Positions 10,650-20,860 of a stretch of 64,000 bases of DNA are shown piece by piece. The position numbers were made by a program, and so were the translations under genes. Location of the stretch: the NCBI GenBank assembly GCA_910584305.1, contig CAJTZW010000004.1, positions 45,967 to 109,966 of the forward strand, written 5' to 3'. The DNA comes from an uncultured Bacilli bacterium. GTDB lineage: Bacteria > Bacillota_I > Bacilli_A > RF39 > UBA660. Each line of letters begins with the position of its first letter. The stretch's first letter is position 1. Under the pieces are notes generated by a model. It ran no database searches. It worked only from the letters and a program-made list of their open reading frames with translations, and was not told the DNA's origin.

Positions 10650-11348
10650 ATGAATCATAGCCTCATACGAAAAATTTATAGACAGAAAGACATTGAGAGA
10701 ATACAAAATAAGTTATTATTGCTTGGAAGCGAAAAGAAACAAACACCAGAGCATTATTTGAATATTCGTATTTGCACTACTGTACTCGTATTTCTTTGTA
10801 TATTATATACTGAGAATTTAGGTTATATAGTAGCGCCTCTCATAGCTATATTATATTATTATGGTTTTTACTATGTAACACTTTTACATCCTATCAAGGA
10901 AAGGGGTAAAAAACTTGATAGGGAAGCATTACATTTTTTTGAGATTTTAACACTTACATTAGAATCAGGAAGAAATTTAGAAAACTCCCTTGAGATTACT
11001 GTCTGTAATGTAGATTCCGAACTATCCAGTGAATTTAAAAAAGCCTTATTTGAAACAAAATTTGGGAAGACACTAATAGAAGCATTAGAAGATATGAAAA
11101 ATAGAATTCCATCAGAAACAATTAATAACATTATTTTGAATATTACACAAACAGATGTATTTGGAAATAGTATACTAGAAACAATGTATAATCAAATTGA
11201 ATTTTTACGCGATAAACAGATATTAGAAATTAAGGGGCAAATCAATAAGATACCAAACAAAATCAGTATTATATCCGTTTTATTTATTGTACCACTGATT
11301 TTGTTATTGGTACTAGGGCCAGTATTGTTACAATTTTTAGGGGAATAA
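10650..11348 (+). CDS. tadC: TadC-like inner-membrane platform protein (T2SS-F domain)
   Basis: 232 aa. T2SSF-like soluble loop (LESGRNLENSLEITV...). Flanking TM segments. Follows tadB. Confidence 0.7.
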   Translation: MNHSLIRKIYRQKDIERIQNKLLLLGSEKKQTPEHYLNIRICTTVLVFLCILYTENLGYIVAPLIAILYYYGFYYVTLLHPIKERGKKLDREALHFFEILTLTLESGRNLENSLEITVCNVDSELSSEFKKALFETKFGKTLIEALEDMKNRIPSETINNIILNITQTDVFGNSILETMYNQIEFLRDKQILEIKGQINKIPNKISIISVLFIVPLILLLVLGPVLLQFLGE

Positions 11349-11361
11349 AGGAGAGATATGT

Positions 11362-12678
11362 ATGTATCATTTTATAGGAATTAAAGGGTCAGGTATGAGT
11401 GCGCTAGCACAAATTATGAAAGAATTAGGATACAATGTTCAAGGAAGCGATGTAGAAAAGTACTTTTTTACGGAAGATGGTCTTCATAATTTAAATATTC
11501 CCATTCTACCATTCGATGAAAATAATATTCAAGAAGGCATGAAAATCGTAAGAGGTGCAAGTTTTCATGAAGAACATCCAGAAGTAAAAAGAGCTATGGA
11601 ACTTGACCTTAATATATATAGTTATGCTGAAATGGTTGGAAGTTTAACTCGCAAATTTAAAACAATCTGTGTTGCAGGATGTCATGGAAAAACAACAACA
11701 ACAGCAATGCTTTCTCATACATTAAATGAAATTAAAGGAGCCAACTACTTAATTGGAGATGGAACAGGATATGCAAGTAAAGAGAATGAATATTTTGTTT
11801 TAGAAGCGTGTGAATATAGAAGACATTTTCTGGCTTATACACCAGATTATGCGATTATTACCAATATCGATTTAGATCATGTAGATTACTTTAAAGACAT
11901 TGATGATGTAATCAGTGCATATGAGGAATACGCTAACAAAGCAGAAAAGATGATAATTGCTTGTGGAGATGATCCATATACACATAGTTTGGATGTTGTA
12001 AAACCTATTTTCTATTATGGATTAGATGATGATAATGATATCCAAGCAACCAATGTCCAATATAAAAAAGATGGTATTAGTTTTGAAGTTACGATTGAAG
12101 GAAATTATTATGGTTTTTTTGACCTTCCAATTTATGGAAAACATATGCTTTTAGATGCACTTGCAGTGATTGCAACATGTTACTATGAGCGAATTGAAGC
12201 GAGAGACCTTGCTAAATCATTGAAAACATTTGAAGGTGCCAAACGTCGTTTTCAAGAAACAATTATTGGAAATAATATTATCATAGATGATTATGCACAT
12301 CACCCAAATGAAGTAAAAGCAACTTTAAAGGCGGTCAAACAAAAGTATCCAGAGAAAAGGATTGTGACTGTATTTCAACCCCACACGTTTACAAGAACGC
12401 AGGAATTTGCCCAAGATTTAATAAATGTGATGAGTGATGTAGAAAAAGCCTACATCATGGATATTCATCCATCAAGAGAAAAGCAAGAGGATTATCCAGA
12501 AATTACTTCAGACATAATTATAAATAATCTTCCAAATGGAGAACATATAACAATGAAAGACGCCTCCAAATTTGAAAATATTGAAGATACAGTAATAGTA
12601 TTTATGAGTCCAAATGATTTATCTGTCCTAGAGAATGAAGTAATAGAATTGTTAGAAAATAAATTAAATGAAATATAG
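11362..12678 (+). CDS. murC: UDP-N-acetylmuramate--L-alanine ligase
   Basis: N-terminus MYHFIGIKGSGMSALAQI is the MurC signature. Mur ligase central domain GCHGKTTTT. 438 aa. Confidence 0.9.
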   Translation: MYHFIGIKGSGMSALAQIMKELGYNVQGSDVEKYFFTEDGLHNLNIPILPFDENNIQEGMKIVRGASFHEEHPEVKRAMELDLNIYSYAEMVGSLTRKFKTICVAGCHGKTTTTAMLSHTLNEIKGANYLIGDGTGYASKENEYFVLEACEYRRHFLAYTPDYAIITNIDLDHVDYFKDIDDVISAYEEYANKAEKMIIACGDDPYTHSLDVVKPIFYYGLDDDNDIQATNVQYKKDGISFEVTIEGNYYGFFDLPIYGKHMLLDALAVIATCYYERIEARDLAKSLKTFEGAKRRFQETIIGNNIIIDDYAHHPNEVKATLKAVKQKYPEKRIVTVFQPHTFTRTQEFAQDLINVMSDVEKAYIMDIHPSREKQEDYPEITSDIIINNLPNGEHITMKDASKFENIEDTVIVFMSPNDLSVLENEVIELLENKLNEI

Positions 12679-12715
12679 AATCCTCTATATTTCATTTTAT
12701 ATAGGAGGGTTGGAA

Positions 12716-13927
12716 ATGAAAAAAATAATTTTCAGTGTCTTTTGTTCACTTCTTATGATAGTTAATGTAAGTGCGTTAGACATCTATAGTAAGTATGCTG
12801 TCTTATATAATCTAAATGATGATGAAGTAATTTATGAACTGAATAAAGATGAAAGAACAAGCATTGCAAGTTTGACTAAAATTATGACAACACTAGTGGC
12901 AATCGAAAATATTTCTGATTATAACGGGAAAGTTACAATAAAAAGTAGTATGTTTACTGGACTTGCAGAAGAGAATGCTGCAGTGATTGGGCTTAGGAAT
13001 AACCAAGAAGTAACCTATAATGATTTATTGTATGGACTATTTTTAGGTAGTGGAGCAGATGCTGCTAGAGCACTTGCCATTTCTATTGCAGGAAGTGAAG
13101 ATAAATTTGTAGAATTGATGAATGTCAAAGCAAGTGAATTAAACCTGCAAAATACAAACTATACAAATACAGTAGGATTAGATGATGATGAACATTATTC
13201 TACAGTGGATGATGTTGCTACTTTATTAAAGATAGCTTACCAGAATGAAAAATTCAGAGAAATATTTACAACTGAATCCTATGTGTTTTCAGATCAATCT
13301 CTTATAGTAACTAGTACTTTTAGAAAAACAGCTAAGACATATGGACCAGATCCTTCATATATATTAGGTGCGAAAACAGGGTATACATATGATGCAGGTA
13401 GGTGCTTGGCTTCCATTGCTCTTGATGAAGAAAATCAAATCACATACTTATTAGTAACTACCAATGCAGAGTCTATTTATTACCCAGTTAAAGATGCTAT
13501 AACAATTTATAACCATTATTTTGAAAATTATAAATATTATAAACTGATAGAAAAAGGAGATTTACTAATCACTATTCCAACAAGATATTCAGATGCGAAA
13601 GAAATAAATTTCTATGCCGAAAAAGATATTCAAAAATACCTACATAATGATTTATCAGATTATAATGTTACTTTGCAATATGAGGGCGAAAAAGTTATTA
13701 CTCCAAGCATGGAAGCAAACTCTACTATAGGAAGTATTCAAGTAATTTATCAAAATGAAGTAATAGACACCATTGATATCATTTTGACCTCTAAAATTTC
13801 ATTTTCTCTAGTTGCTTTCATTATAGCTAATAAATTTATCTTTATAGTTATTGGCATATTGATAATTTTAGCTATAGAAATTATTAGAAGAATAAAGAAG
13901 AAAAAGTATAACAAAAAGAAAAAATAG
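12716..13927 (+). CDS. dacA: D-alanyl-D-alanine carboxypeptidase (S11 family, PBP5-like) with C-terminal membrane anchor
   Basis: RBS aggaggg before ATG 12716. Signal peptide. SIASLTKIM (SxxK) and KTGYT (KTG) motifs. C-terminal TM + basic tail. Confidence 0.8.
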   Translation: MKKIIFSVFCSLLMIVNVSALDIYSKYAVLYNLNDDEVIYELNKDERTSIASLTKIMTTLVAIENISDYNGKVTIKSSMFTGLAEENAAVIGLRNNQEVTYNDLLYGLFLGSGADAARALAISIAGSEDKFVELMNVKASELNLQNTNYTNTVGLDDDEHYSTVDDVATLLKIAYQNEKFREIFTTESYVFSDQSLIVTSTFRKTAKTYGPDPSYILGAKTGYTYDAGRCLASIALDEENQITYLLVTTNAESIYYPVKDAITIYNHYFENYKYYKLIEKGDLLITIPTRYSDAKEINFYAEKDIQKYLHNDLSDYNVTLQYEGEKVITPSMEANSTIGSIQVIYQNEVIDTIDIILTSKISFSLVAFIIANKFIFIVIGILIILAIEIIRRIKKKKYNKKKK

Positions 13928-14105
13928 TTATGACTCTTTAACTTTTTGTATCATATATAATATGAGTAGGGAATAACAGTTGTTGAGGTCTATCAAATCT
14001 CTGATAGAGAGGTTTGATAAAAATGAAGAAAAGAATCTTTGTGATAAAGGTTCTTCGCTACATAACTATCATTTTATCTCTTTTTACTATAATGGTAATA
14101 GAAAT

Positions 14106-14142
14106 AAAAAAATGACACTTAAGTCGATGACTTAAATGTCCA
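14106..14142 (-). terminator. Putative intrinsic terminator downstream of rnhC (minus strand)
   Basis: Plus strand has A7 then acttaagtc-gat-gacttaa(a)t. On the minus strand this is an imperfect hairpin followed by T7. Confidence 0.4.
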
Positions 14143-14241
14143 CCTAATTTCAACATAGCAAAGCTGAATGTTCCCATTTTATTATATGAAGTTTCCTTCA
14201 TTAGATACATAGCAACACAAAAATAATGATTTGACAAGATT

Positions 14242-15177
14242 TTACGCATTATGATTTAGTATTTTATCTGTATTTTTAAAATTTAATTTAGCAACTTCTT
14301 TTAGTTTATCAAATCCGTATTTTTCTACAATTTTAATACCTGTCTCATCAACATTAGGTCCAGCTCCCTTTGGCAGTAACATATTTAAACTCTTAGATAG
14401 CTTAGAAAATTCTTTAATAAAAATATATCTACTAATGATAGAAGCACATGCAACAGAAAGTGATTTATCCTCTCCCTTTGTGACAAAGGTAATATCACGA
14501 ACGACATTACTCGATTCTTTTAAATAACTAAAATAAACATACTTTTCTGCGAATTGATCCACTACAATATAATCATAGGAAAGATCTTCTTGTTTTAAGG
14601 TTGACAACACTTTATTATGTAAGATGGCTTTTAATTTATTCATATTATATCCTTGATTATATTTCTCATTATAATCTTGATTATTTAAAATAACAGTAGT
14701 GTATTTTATTCTTTCTATAATTTTAGGGACAATCTCTAAAATTTTTTCATCAGTCAATTTTTTAGAATCCTTAACACCCAATTTTTCTAAATAGGGAATA
14801 TCCTCTTTTGTTACATAGGAAGCAGTTACAACAATTGGACCAAAGTAGTCACCAGTTCCAACTTCATCAGACCCAATGGAAGTAGAGTGATATAATTTAG
14901 GATCTACTTTCACCTTGTCCTCTTTCTTCTTTTCTTCACTGTTTGTAGTTATTGCTTTTCCAGAATTGATTTTTTCAGTAGCTACCCAAAATTCAGAAGA
15001 TAAATCAGCATCACGGCCTTGAAAAACACATTTACCAGATTCATACAAAGTAACCACTGTATCTCCATCCTGCGCTTGAAAAACAGCATATGCAGGAGTT
15101 TTTTCCCTTTTTAAATCATCAAAAAATTCTAACATTTGTTCTTTTGTTTTATCAGATACCTTTAATGTTATTGTCAT
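14242..15177 (-). CDS. rnhC: Ribonuclease HIII
   Basis: 311 aa. N-terminal DUF3378-like region plus RNase HII-fold catalytic domain with GSDEVGTGDYFGP motif. Confidence 0.85.
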   Translation of the reverse strand: MTITLKVSDKTKEQMLEFFDDLKREKTPAYAVFQAQDGDTVVTLYESGKCVFQGRDADLSSEFWVATEKINSGKAITTNSEEKKKEDKVKVDPKLYHSTSIGSDEVGTGDYFGPIVVTASYVTKEDIPYLEKLGVKDSKKLTDEKILEIVPKIIERIKYTTVILNNQDYNEKYNQGYNMNKLKAILHNKVLSTLKQEDLSYDYIVVDQFAEKYVYFSYLKESSNVVRDITFVTKGEDKSLSVACASIISRYIFIKEFSKLSKSLNMLLPKGAGPNVDETGIKIVEKYGFDKLKEVAKLNFKNTDKILNHNA

Positions 15178-15299
15178 GTTATCACATCCTACACTTATTC
15201 TAACACGTTTCTTCTATTTCGTCCATATTGCTATGAATTTAAAATTCTTTCTTTTTTGAAAATTTTGTAATATAATAAACATAGAAGGGAATGATAATT

Positions 15300-16025
15300 A
15301 TGAATATAATTGATGTGCTAATTATATTAATGATTGTTGCAGGGGGATTCTTTGGCTTTAAAAAAGGATTTACAAGAGAATTGGTTTCATTTGTCGGTAT
15401 TTTTTTGGTAGTTATATTTTCATTTCTATTAAAAAATCCTATTTCCGCCTTTTTGTATCAACACTTGCCATTTTTTAAATTTGGAGGATTATTTAAAGGC
15501 ATTACTTCTTTAAATATTGTACTTTATGAATTCATTGCTTTATTAATTGTAATGAGTGTACTGACGATTATATTAAAAGTTGTAACTATGGCTACGAAAA
15601 TATTTGAGAAGCTATTAAAATTTACAATTATTCTTGGTATTCCATCAAAATTACTTGGAATGGTGGTAGGATTTATTGAAGGATTTGTATGGGTATTTAT
15701 AGGTCTTTATCTTTTAAATTTACCTGTGATTAATATCAAGGAAGTAAAAGAATCTAAATATAAAGATGCGATTTTAGAACATACACCAGTTTTATCAGCA
15801 TTCGCAGATAATACAATGAAGGTAGTAGAAGAATTTACTGCGCTAAAAGAAGAATATAATGACACAAATATTGATAGCAATGAGTTTAATTTAGAAACAT
15901 TAGATGTATTCTTAAAATATAATGTAATTACAGTAGAATCTGTAGAAAAATTAGAAAACCAAGGAAAACTGCAAATCGATGGACTTGATGAACTTATAGA
16001 AAAATATAGAGTGGAGGAATCATAA
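15300..16025 (+). CDS. cvpA: CvpA-family membrane protein (colicin V production protein homolog)
   Basis: N-terminus IIDVLIILMIVAGGFFGFKKGFTRE typical of CvpA. Four TM segments. ATG 15300 preferred over 15291 because of RBS spacing. Confidence 0.7.
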   Translation: MNIIDVLIILMIVAGGFFGFKKGFTRELVSFVGIFLVVIFSFLLKNPISAFLYQHLPFFKFGGLFKGITSLNIVLYEFIALLIVMSVLTIILKVVTMATKIFEKLLKFTIILGIPSKLLGMVVGFIEGFVWVFIGLYLLNLPVINIKEVKESKYKDAILEHTPVLSAFADNTMKVVEEFTALKEEYNDTNIDSNEFNLETLDVFLKYNVITVESVEKLENQGKLQIDGLDELIEKYRVEES

Positions 16026-16026
16026 A

Positions 16027-16335
16027 ATGGTTATACATGGAACAGAGCAGAATTTTAAGGATTTAATTGGGAAAGACATAGTACTTGTAGATTTTTTTGC
16101 AACTTGGTGTGGTCCCTGTAAAATGCTTTCACCAGTATTAGAAGAATTGGCTAGCGATAGAGGTAATATAGAAATTGTTAAAATGGATATAGATGAATGT
16201 GAAAATCTGGCAAGAGATTATGGAATCATGAGTGTTCCTACATTACTTCTTTTTAAGAATGGACAATTAGTATCTAAGAAAAGTGGCTATATGCCCAAAG
16301 AACAATTGATGTCGTGGATAGAAGATAACAAATAA
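16027..16335 (+). CDS. trxA: Thioredoxin
   Basis: 102 aa. WCGPC active site. RBS gtggagg. Confidence 0.9.
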   Translation: MVIHGTEQNFKDLIGKDIVLVDFFATWCGPCKMLSPVLEELASDRGNIEIVKMDIDECENLARDYGIMSVPTLLLFKNGQLVSKKSGYMPKEQLMSWIEDNK

Positions 16336-16344
16336 ACGTTTATA

Positions 16345-16376
16345 AGAGAACGAATACTTTTGTTCTTTTTCTTTGC
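16345..16376 (+). terminator. Putative terminator after trxA
   Basis: aagagaac-gaatactttt-gttcttttt, an 8-bp stem with one G-U followed by a T-run. Confidence 0.4.
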
Positions 16377-16415
16377 TTTCTTTTAAATTTTGGTTATAAT
16401 GAAATGGGTGGTAAT

Positions 16416-17129
16416 ATGCAAAGATATTTTGCCAAAGATAAAATAGGAAATCAATTTATTCTAGGAAATGATGATTTATATCATATAAAAACTGTAATGC
16501 GCATGAGAGATAAAGATCAAATCTATGTAGTATTTAATCAAACTACGTATATTTGTTGTCTAGAAAATGTAAAGCAAAATATACAAATTATGATGGTTGA
16601 AAAGCAAGAAAAACTGACTCAATGCTTACCAGAAGTAATTTTATTTATACCTCTTTTAAAAGAACAAAAGATGGATTTGGTATTACAAAAAGCAACAGAA
16701 TTGGGGGTTTCTAAAATTGTTCCAATGACAACTTCACGAAGTATTATAAAGGTAAATGAAGAAAAAATTGATAAAAAAATAGAGAGATGGAGACGTATCT
16801 GTAAAGAGGCAAGTGAGCAGTCACATCGGGATATCATTCCGGAAATCACTCCTGTTATGGATATCATGCAGGTGAAAGATAGGGATGGATTATCCCTTGT
16901 TTGCAGTACTACTGAAAAAGAAAAAAATATTAAATACATATTACAAAAATATAGAGACTGTGATAAAATAAATGTAGTGATAGGCCCAGAAGGCGGACTA
17001 TCAAAGGAAGAAGAGGAATATTTGAAGAAAGTAGGATATATTCCAGTTACTTTGGGACATAATATTATGCGAGTGGAAACAGTTCCTATTTTCATTTTAA
17101 GTACAATCAATTATGAATTTATGGAGTGA
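16416..17129 (+). CDS. rsmE: 16S rRNA (uracil1498-N3)-methyltransferase RsmE
   Basis: Start MQRYFA after RBS ggtgg. C-terminal SPOUT fold with GPEGGLS motif. Confidence 0.85.
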   Translation: MQRYFAKDKIGNQFILGNDDLYHIKTVMRMRDKDQIYVVFNQTTYICCLENVKQNIQIMMVEKQEKLTQCLPEVILFIPLLKEQKMDLVLQKATELGVSKIVPMTTSRSIIKVNEEKIDKKIERWRRICKEASEQSHRDIIPEITPVMDIMQVKDRDGLSLVCSTTEKEKNIKYILQKYRDCDKINVVIGPEGGLSKEEEEYLKKVGYIPVTLGHNIMRVETVPIFILSTINYEFME

Positions 17130-17134
17130 TTAAT

Positions 17135-17977
17135 ATGCAAAGCTTAAATGAATTAATACAAAATAAAGCATTATTCTTTAGTGTGATTAGTGTACTCGTT
17201 GCAACTATAGCTTTGATTGGATACCTAATTTACAAAGAGAGAAAGGCAGACCAAGATGAGATTGATGAAATTATAAGCAATTTAGTAGAACCTAAAAGGA
17301 AGCCAATAATGGAAGAAGTAGAGAAGGATAAAGAGGAAATGAATGTAGTAGAGAAAGAAGAAATAACAAATACGATAGAGCAACCTAGTGCACCAAAACA
17401 AGAATCTGATTTAGATATAGAAGCAATGCTTGAACAAATGCAAAAAGATTTAAATGCTAAAGCAGAGGATGTTGTTGCAACCTTTGAGCAAGAACAAGAA
17501 GAAAATTCAATTATTAGTTATCAGGAATTGGTTCGTTCACTAAAGGGAGAGAAAGTAGCGCCTCAAATAGTAGAAGCGAAAGTAGAAGAACCAAAGTTAG
17601 AACAGCTCTCTATGGATGAGATTATAGAAGAACCAAAGAGAGCAGTAAAGCAAGAACCATCTAAAAAATTTAAGAATACAGATTTTATTTCACCAATATA
17701 TGGTAAAATGGAGGAACATTTAGAGTACCCAAGAGTACCATCTTTCCATAAAAATGACATGGAGATAGAAAAAGAATTAGAGACATATGAAAATGACACG
17801 GAAAGTAGTCTCATGAGCAAAAATATTGACGATTTCTTAGGGGATTTTGATTTTGATAACAATATAGAAGTAAATAGTTTAGAGCAAACATTAAATATGA
17901 AACCACTCAGTGAAGAGATTAAGAAAAATGATGAATTTTTACAGGCTCTAAAAGAATTTAGAAAAAATCTAGACTAG
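17135..17977 (+). CDS. Hypothetical N-terminally membrane-anchored acidic protein
   Basis: Single N-terminal TM (LFFSVISVLVATIALIGYLIY). The rest is Glu/Lys-rich and low complexity. RBS ggagtga. No recognisable domain. Confidence 0.45.
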   Translation: MQSLNELIQNKALFFSVISVLVATIALIGYLIYKERKADQDEIDEIISNLVEPKRKPIMEEVEKDKEEMNVVEKEEITNTIEQPSAPKQESDLDIEAMLEQMQKDLNAKAEDVVATFEQEQEENSIISYQELVRSLKGEKVAPQIVEAKVEEPKLEQLSMDEIIEEPKRAVKQEPSKKFKNTDFISPIYGKMEEHLEYPRVPSFHKNDMEIEKELETYENDTESSLMSKNIDDFLGDFDFDNNIEVNSLEQTLNMKPLSEEIKKNDEFLQALKEFRKNLD

Positions 17978-17995
17978 GTAATCCTAGTTTTTTTT
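17973..17995 (+). terminator. Intrinsic terminator before mtaB
   Basis: actagg-taat-cctagt hairpin followed by T8. Immediately upstream of the mtaB RBS. Confidence 0.45.
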
Positions 17996-18005
17996 GGAGG
18001 AAGTT

Positions 18006-19283
18006 ATGAAATTTAATATATATACATTGGGATGTAAGGTAAACACATATGAAAGTAATGTCATGATAGATAAATTAAAAGATGCTGGATATATAGAAGT
18101 AGATATAAATACGAAAGCAGATATATCAATCATCAATACATGCACAGTAACCAATACAGCAGACTCTAAATCTATGAAAATGATTCGTCATGCAATGAAA
18201 ATAAATCCAGATGCTATAATCGTTGTATGTGGGTGTATGATTCAAAACAAAAAAGAAGAGATAGAAGCAATTGATGGAATTGATATTGTGTTAGGAAATG
18301 TTGGTAAATCGAATATTGTAGAATATATAAAAGACTATCAAGAAAAAAAAGAACATATTTTTGATGTAAAAAAAATAGAAGATGTTCCTTTTGAATCCAT
18401 GACATTAAATAATTTTAATAAAACAAGAGCCTTTGTAAAAATACAGGATGGATGTAACAATTTCTGTTCCTACTGTATTATTCCATATACAAGAGGAAAT
18501 GTCCGAAGCAAAGAACGTGTTGATGTTTTACATGAAGTATGTACATTGGTACAAAATGGGCATAAGGAGATTGTTCTTACAGGAATTCATACAGGAAATT
18601 ATGGCGCAGAGTTTGAAAATTATGACTTTGCATCCCTATTAGAAGAACTCGTTCAAATTAAAGGGTTAGAACGTCTACGTATATCCTCAATTGAAATTAC
18701 TGAAATTAATGATAGAGTTTTAAAGATTATAGAAGAAAATAATATTTTAGTAAGCCATATGCATATTCCATTACAAAGTGGCGCAGATGCTATTTTAAAG
18801 AATATGAAACGTAAGTATGATATTAAGTACTTTAAAGATAAAACAAAACATCTTCGTACAATTCGCCCAGATATTTCTATAACAACAGATGTTATCGTAG
18901 GCTTTCCAGGGGAAACCGAAGAAGATTTTGAAGAGATGGTTCAAAATATTAAAGAAATTAATTTTTCTAAATTACATGTATTTCCATATTCAAAAAGAGA
19001 TGGCACAGTCGCAGCAACTATGAAAAATCAGATTGATGAGTCGTTGAAAAAGAAAAGAGCACACATTCTTTTAGAACTTTCTAAAGAATTAGAATTAGAG
19101 TATATGAATAAATTTATAGATAGAGAAGTAGAATATATACCTGAGGTATATAAAGATGGATATCTAATTGGACATACTGGTAACTATTTATCAATTAAGC
19201 AAAAAGGAGTAGAAAGTGAACTTCATAAACCTAAGAAAGCAGTAATAAAAGAAGTATCTTATCCATACTGTATAAGTGAATAA
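18006..19283 (+). CDS. mtaB: tRNA (t6A37) methylthiotransferase MtaB (MiaB-like radical SAM)
   Basis: MTTase N-terminal domain (YTLGCKVNTYES). Radical SAM CNNFCSYC. TRAM-like C-terminus. RBS ggagg. Confidence 0.85.
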   Translation: MKFNIYTLGCKVNTYESNVMIDKLKDAGYIEVDINTKADISIINTCTVTNTADSKSMKMIRHAMKINPDAIIVVCGCMIQNKKEEIEAIDGIDIVLGNVGKSNIVEYIKDYQEKKEHIFDVKKIEDVPFESMTLNNFNKTRAFVKIQDGCNNFCSYCIIPYTRGNVRSKERVDVLHEVCTLVQNGHKEIVLTGIHTGNYGAEFENYDFASLLEELVQIKGLERLRISSIEITEINDRVLKIIEENNILVSHMHIPLQSGADAILKNMKRKYDIKYFKDKTKHLRTIRPDISITTDVIVGFPGETEEDFEEMVQNIKEINFSKLHVFPYSKRDGTVAATMKNQIDESLKKKRAHILLELSKELELEYMNKFIDREVEYIPEVYKDGYLIGHTGNYLSIKQKGVESELHKPKKAVIKEVSYPYCISE

Positions 19284-19337
19284 TTTGACTTAAAAACAAT
19301 ATAAATGATATAATTGAAATAGGAATGGGGAAGAAAA

Positions 19338-19817
19338 ATGGAAAAAACATATTATGATGAATTGATTGAAAATATAGAAGATGAAAATAAAGCTTATGCT
19401 GAAGAAAGAAAAGAATTGAAAGAAAGAAAAACAACTCGCATTCAAAATTTAAAAATAAGAAAATCTAATATTAGAAAGCATTTCCTTTTGGCAGGGGTTT
19501 CTGGAATTGGGCTTGCTTTGGCAACTATAGGTGCACCTAAAATGTTTGAAGAAAAACCTCTTAAAGTTGTTACTGATGAACTTTTAGCAGACGCTAATTT
19601 ATATGAAACTGAAAATGGAAAATCAGTAGCTGGAAAAATGACGGATCAAGAATTGGTTGATTATATTAAAGAACATGGATTATCCCTAGATGATATTAAA
19701 GAAGAAACTATATCTAGTTTAAAATCAAATATGATTAATACAGAGTTTGGTATGGATAAAGTGGAAAAAGCCAATCCGGCAGTATTTGATGAAGAGAGTA
19801 AAGGTATGGGAAGATAA
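19338..19817 (+). CDS. Hypothetical membrane protein
   Basis: 159 aa. Charged N-terminus and one TM (LLAGVSGIGLALATIGA). No recognised domain. Confidence 0.45.
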   Translation: MEKTYYDELIENIEDENKAYAEERKELKERKTTRIQNLKIRKSNIRKHFLLAGVSGIGLALATIGAPKMFEEKPLKVVTDELLADANLYETENGKSVAGKMTDQELVDYIKEHGLSLDDIKEETISSLKSNMINTEFGMDKVEKANPAVFDEESKGMGR

Positions 19818-19839
19818 CAGGAATTTCCTGTTTTTTTAT
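19817..19839 (+). terminator. Intrinsic terminator
   Basis: acaggaatttcctgt palindrome followed by T7. Confidence 0.6.
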
Positions 19840-19916
19840 GTAAACTTTTACATAATATACTTTACTTATGAAACAATATAAGATATATTGTTTGTATGTG
19901 ATTTAAGAGGCGTGTT

Positions 19917-20540
19917 ATGAAAAAAATGTTAGATTTATTGTTTAAAATAATGATTGTTGTAGTAAGTGGAATAGGTCTTTTTCTAAATTTTAAATTACTA
20001 ACTATTAGAGATAGTATTATTTATTTCACTATTCAAAGTAATTTATTATGCTTTATTTTCTATTTAATAACAGTAATACTAATACTCACTAAGAAATTAA
20101 AGAAGAATAATATATATTATATTTCTAAAGGTATGACAACAATGGCTATTACTATTACATTCTTTGTATATTGGATTATATTATCTTCAGGAGAAGGTAT
20201 GGAAGCATATATAGGACATAATTTAGAAAATTACTTTGTTCATTTATTTACACCATTACTAGTAATATTTGATTATATTATATTTGGTGAAAAAGGAAAT
20301 TTAAAGAAGAATTATCCATTTATTTGGAGTTTTGTTTTAATAGCATATACATTGTTTGATATTATTTATGTAATGTTTGGGGGAACTTTTGCAGGTGGTG
20401 TTAAATATCCTTATCCTTATATGGATGTAGAGGAACTAGGATTATTTAAAGTATGTATCAATTGTATGGTTATATATGTATTCTTTGTAGGATATGGCTC
20501 TATTGTGCAGTGGCTAGACTATAAGCTTTCAAGAAAATAG
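19917..20540 (+). CDS. Hypothetical polytopic membrane protein
   Basis: 207 aa. 5-6 predicted TM helices. No confidently recognised family. Confidence 0.5.
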   Translation: MKKMLDLLFKIMIVVVSGIGLFLNFKLLTIRDSIIYFTIQSNLLCFIFYLITVILILTKKLKKNNIYYISKGMTTMAITITFFVYWIILSSGEGMEAYIGHNLENYFVHLFTPLLVIFDYIIFGEKGNLKKNYPFIWSFVLIAYTLFDIIYVMFGGTFAGGVKYPYPYMDVEELGLFKVCINCMVIYVFFVGYGSIVQWLDYKLSRK

Positions 20541-20688
20541 AAAATTGAAAATGCTCGAAAAGATATAATTAGGAATAATATTAAATAAAGGTATGCTAAA
20601 ATCTATAGTTCTTTCTAAAGAAAAAATGAATAGAATGATGTAGTCATAAAAACATTAAGTAAAAATAATACAAATTTGTCAAAAAATG

Positions 20689-20717
20689 TTGCATTTTACC
20701 AAATTTTGGTATAAAAT
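20689..20717 (+). promoter_or_regulatory. Sigma-A-like promoter upstream of rel leader
   Basis: TTGCAT - 17 nt - TAAAAT. Confidence 0.4.
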
Positions 20718-20749
20718 CTATTTAAATTTTACTTGAGGGAGTGTAGCAT

Positions 20750-20860
20750 ATGATTAGAAATCCATTATTTGAATTTAATATGGTAGACAGTGTTAAAATC
20801 AATATTTTTAGTACTATTTGTTCACGCCTTTCTTGTAAAAGACAATTTATGAAGCAGTAA
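20750..20860 (+). CDS. Unannotated 36-aa leader ORF upstream of rel
   Basis: Strong RBS gagggag 8 nt before ATG 20750. ORF MIRNPLFEFNMVDSVKINIFSTICSRLSCKRQFMKQ. Stop codon lies in the left arm of the following hairpin. Confidence 0.35.
   Translation: MIRNPLFEFNMVDSVKINIFSTICSRLSCKRQFMKQ

Noticed and set aside
14058-14249. 63-aa minus ORF between dacA-like gene and rnhC
   Set aside because: Overlaps the predicted rnhC terminator hairpin and has no SD. Most likely non-coding 3' UTR.
16619-17110. 163-aa minus ORF antisense to rsmE; similarly 34218-34757 antisense to hybrid kinase and 55247-55693 antisense to uvrA
   Set aside because: Contained within well-supported sense genes. No SD. Hydrophobic/low-complexity translations.
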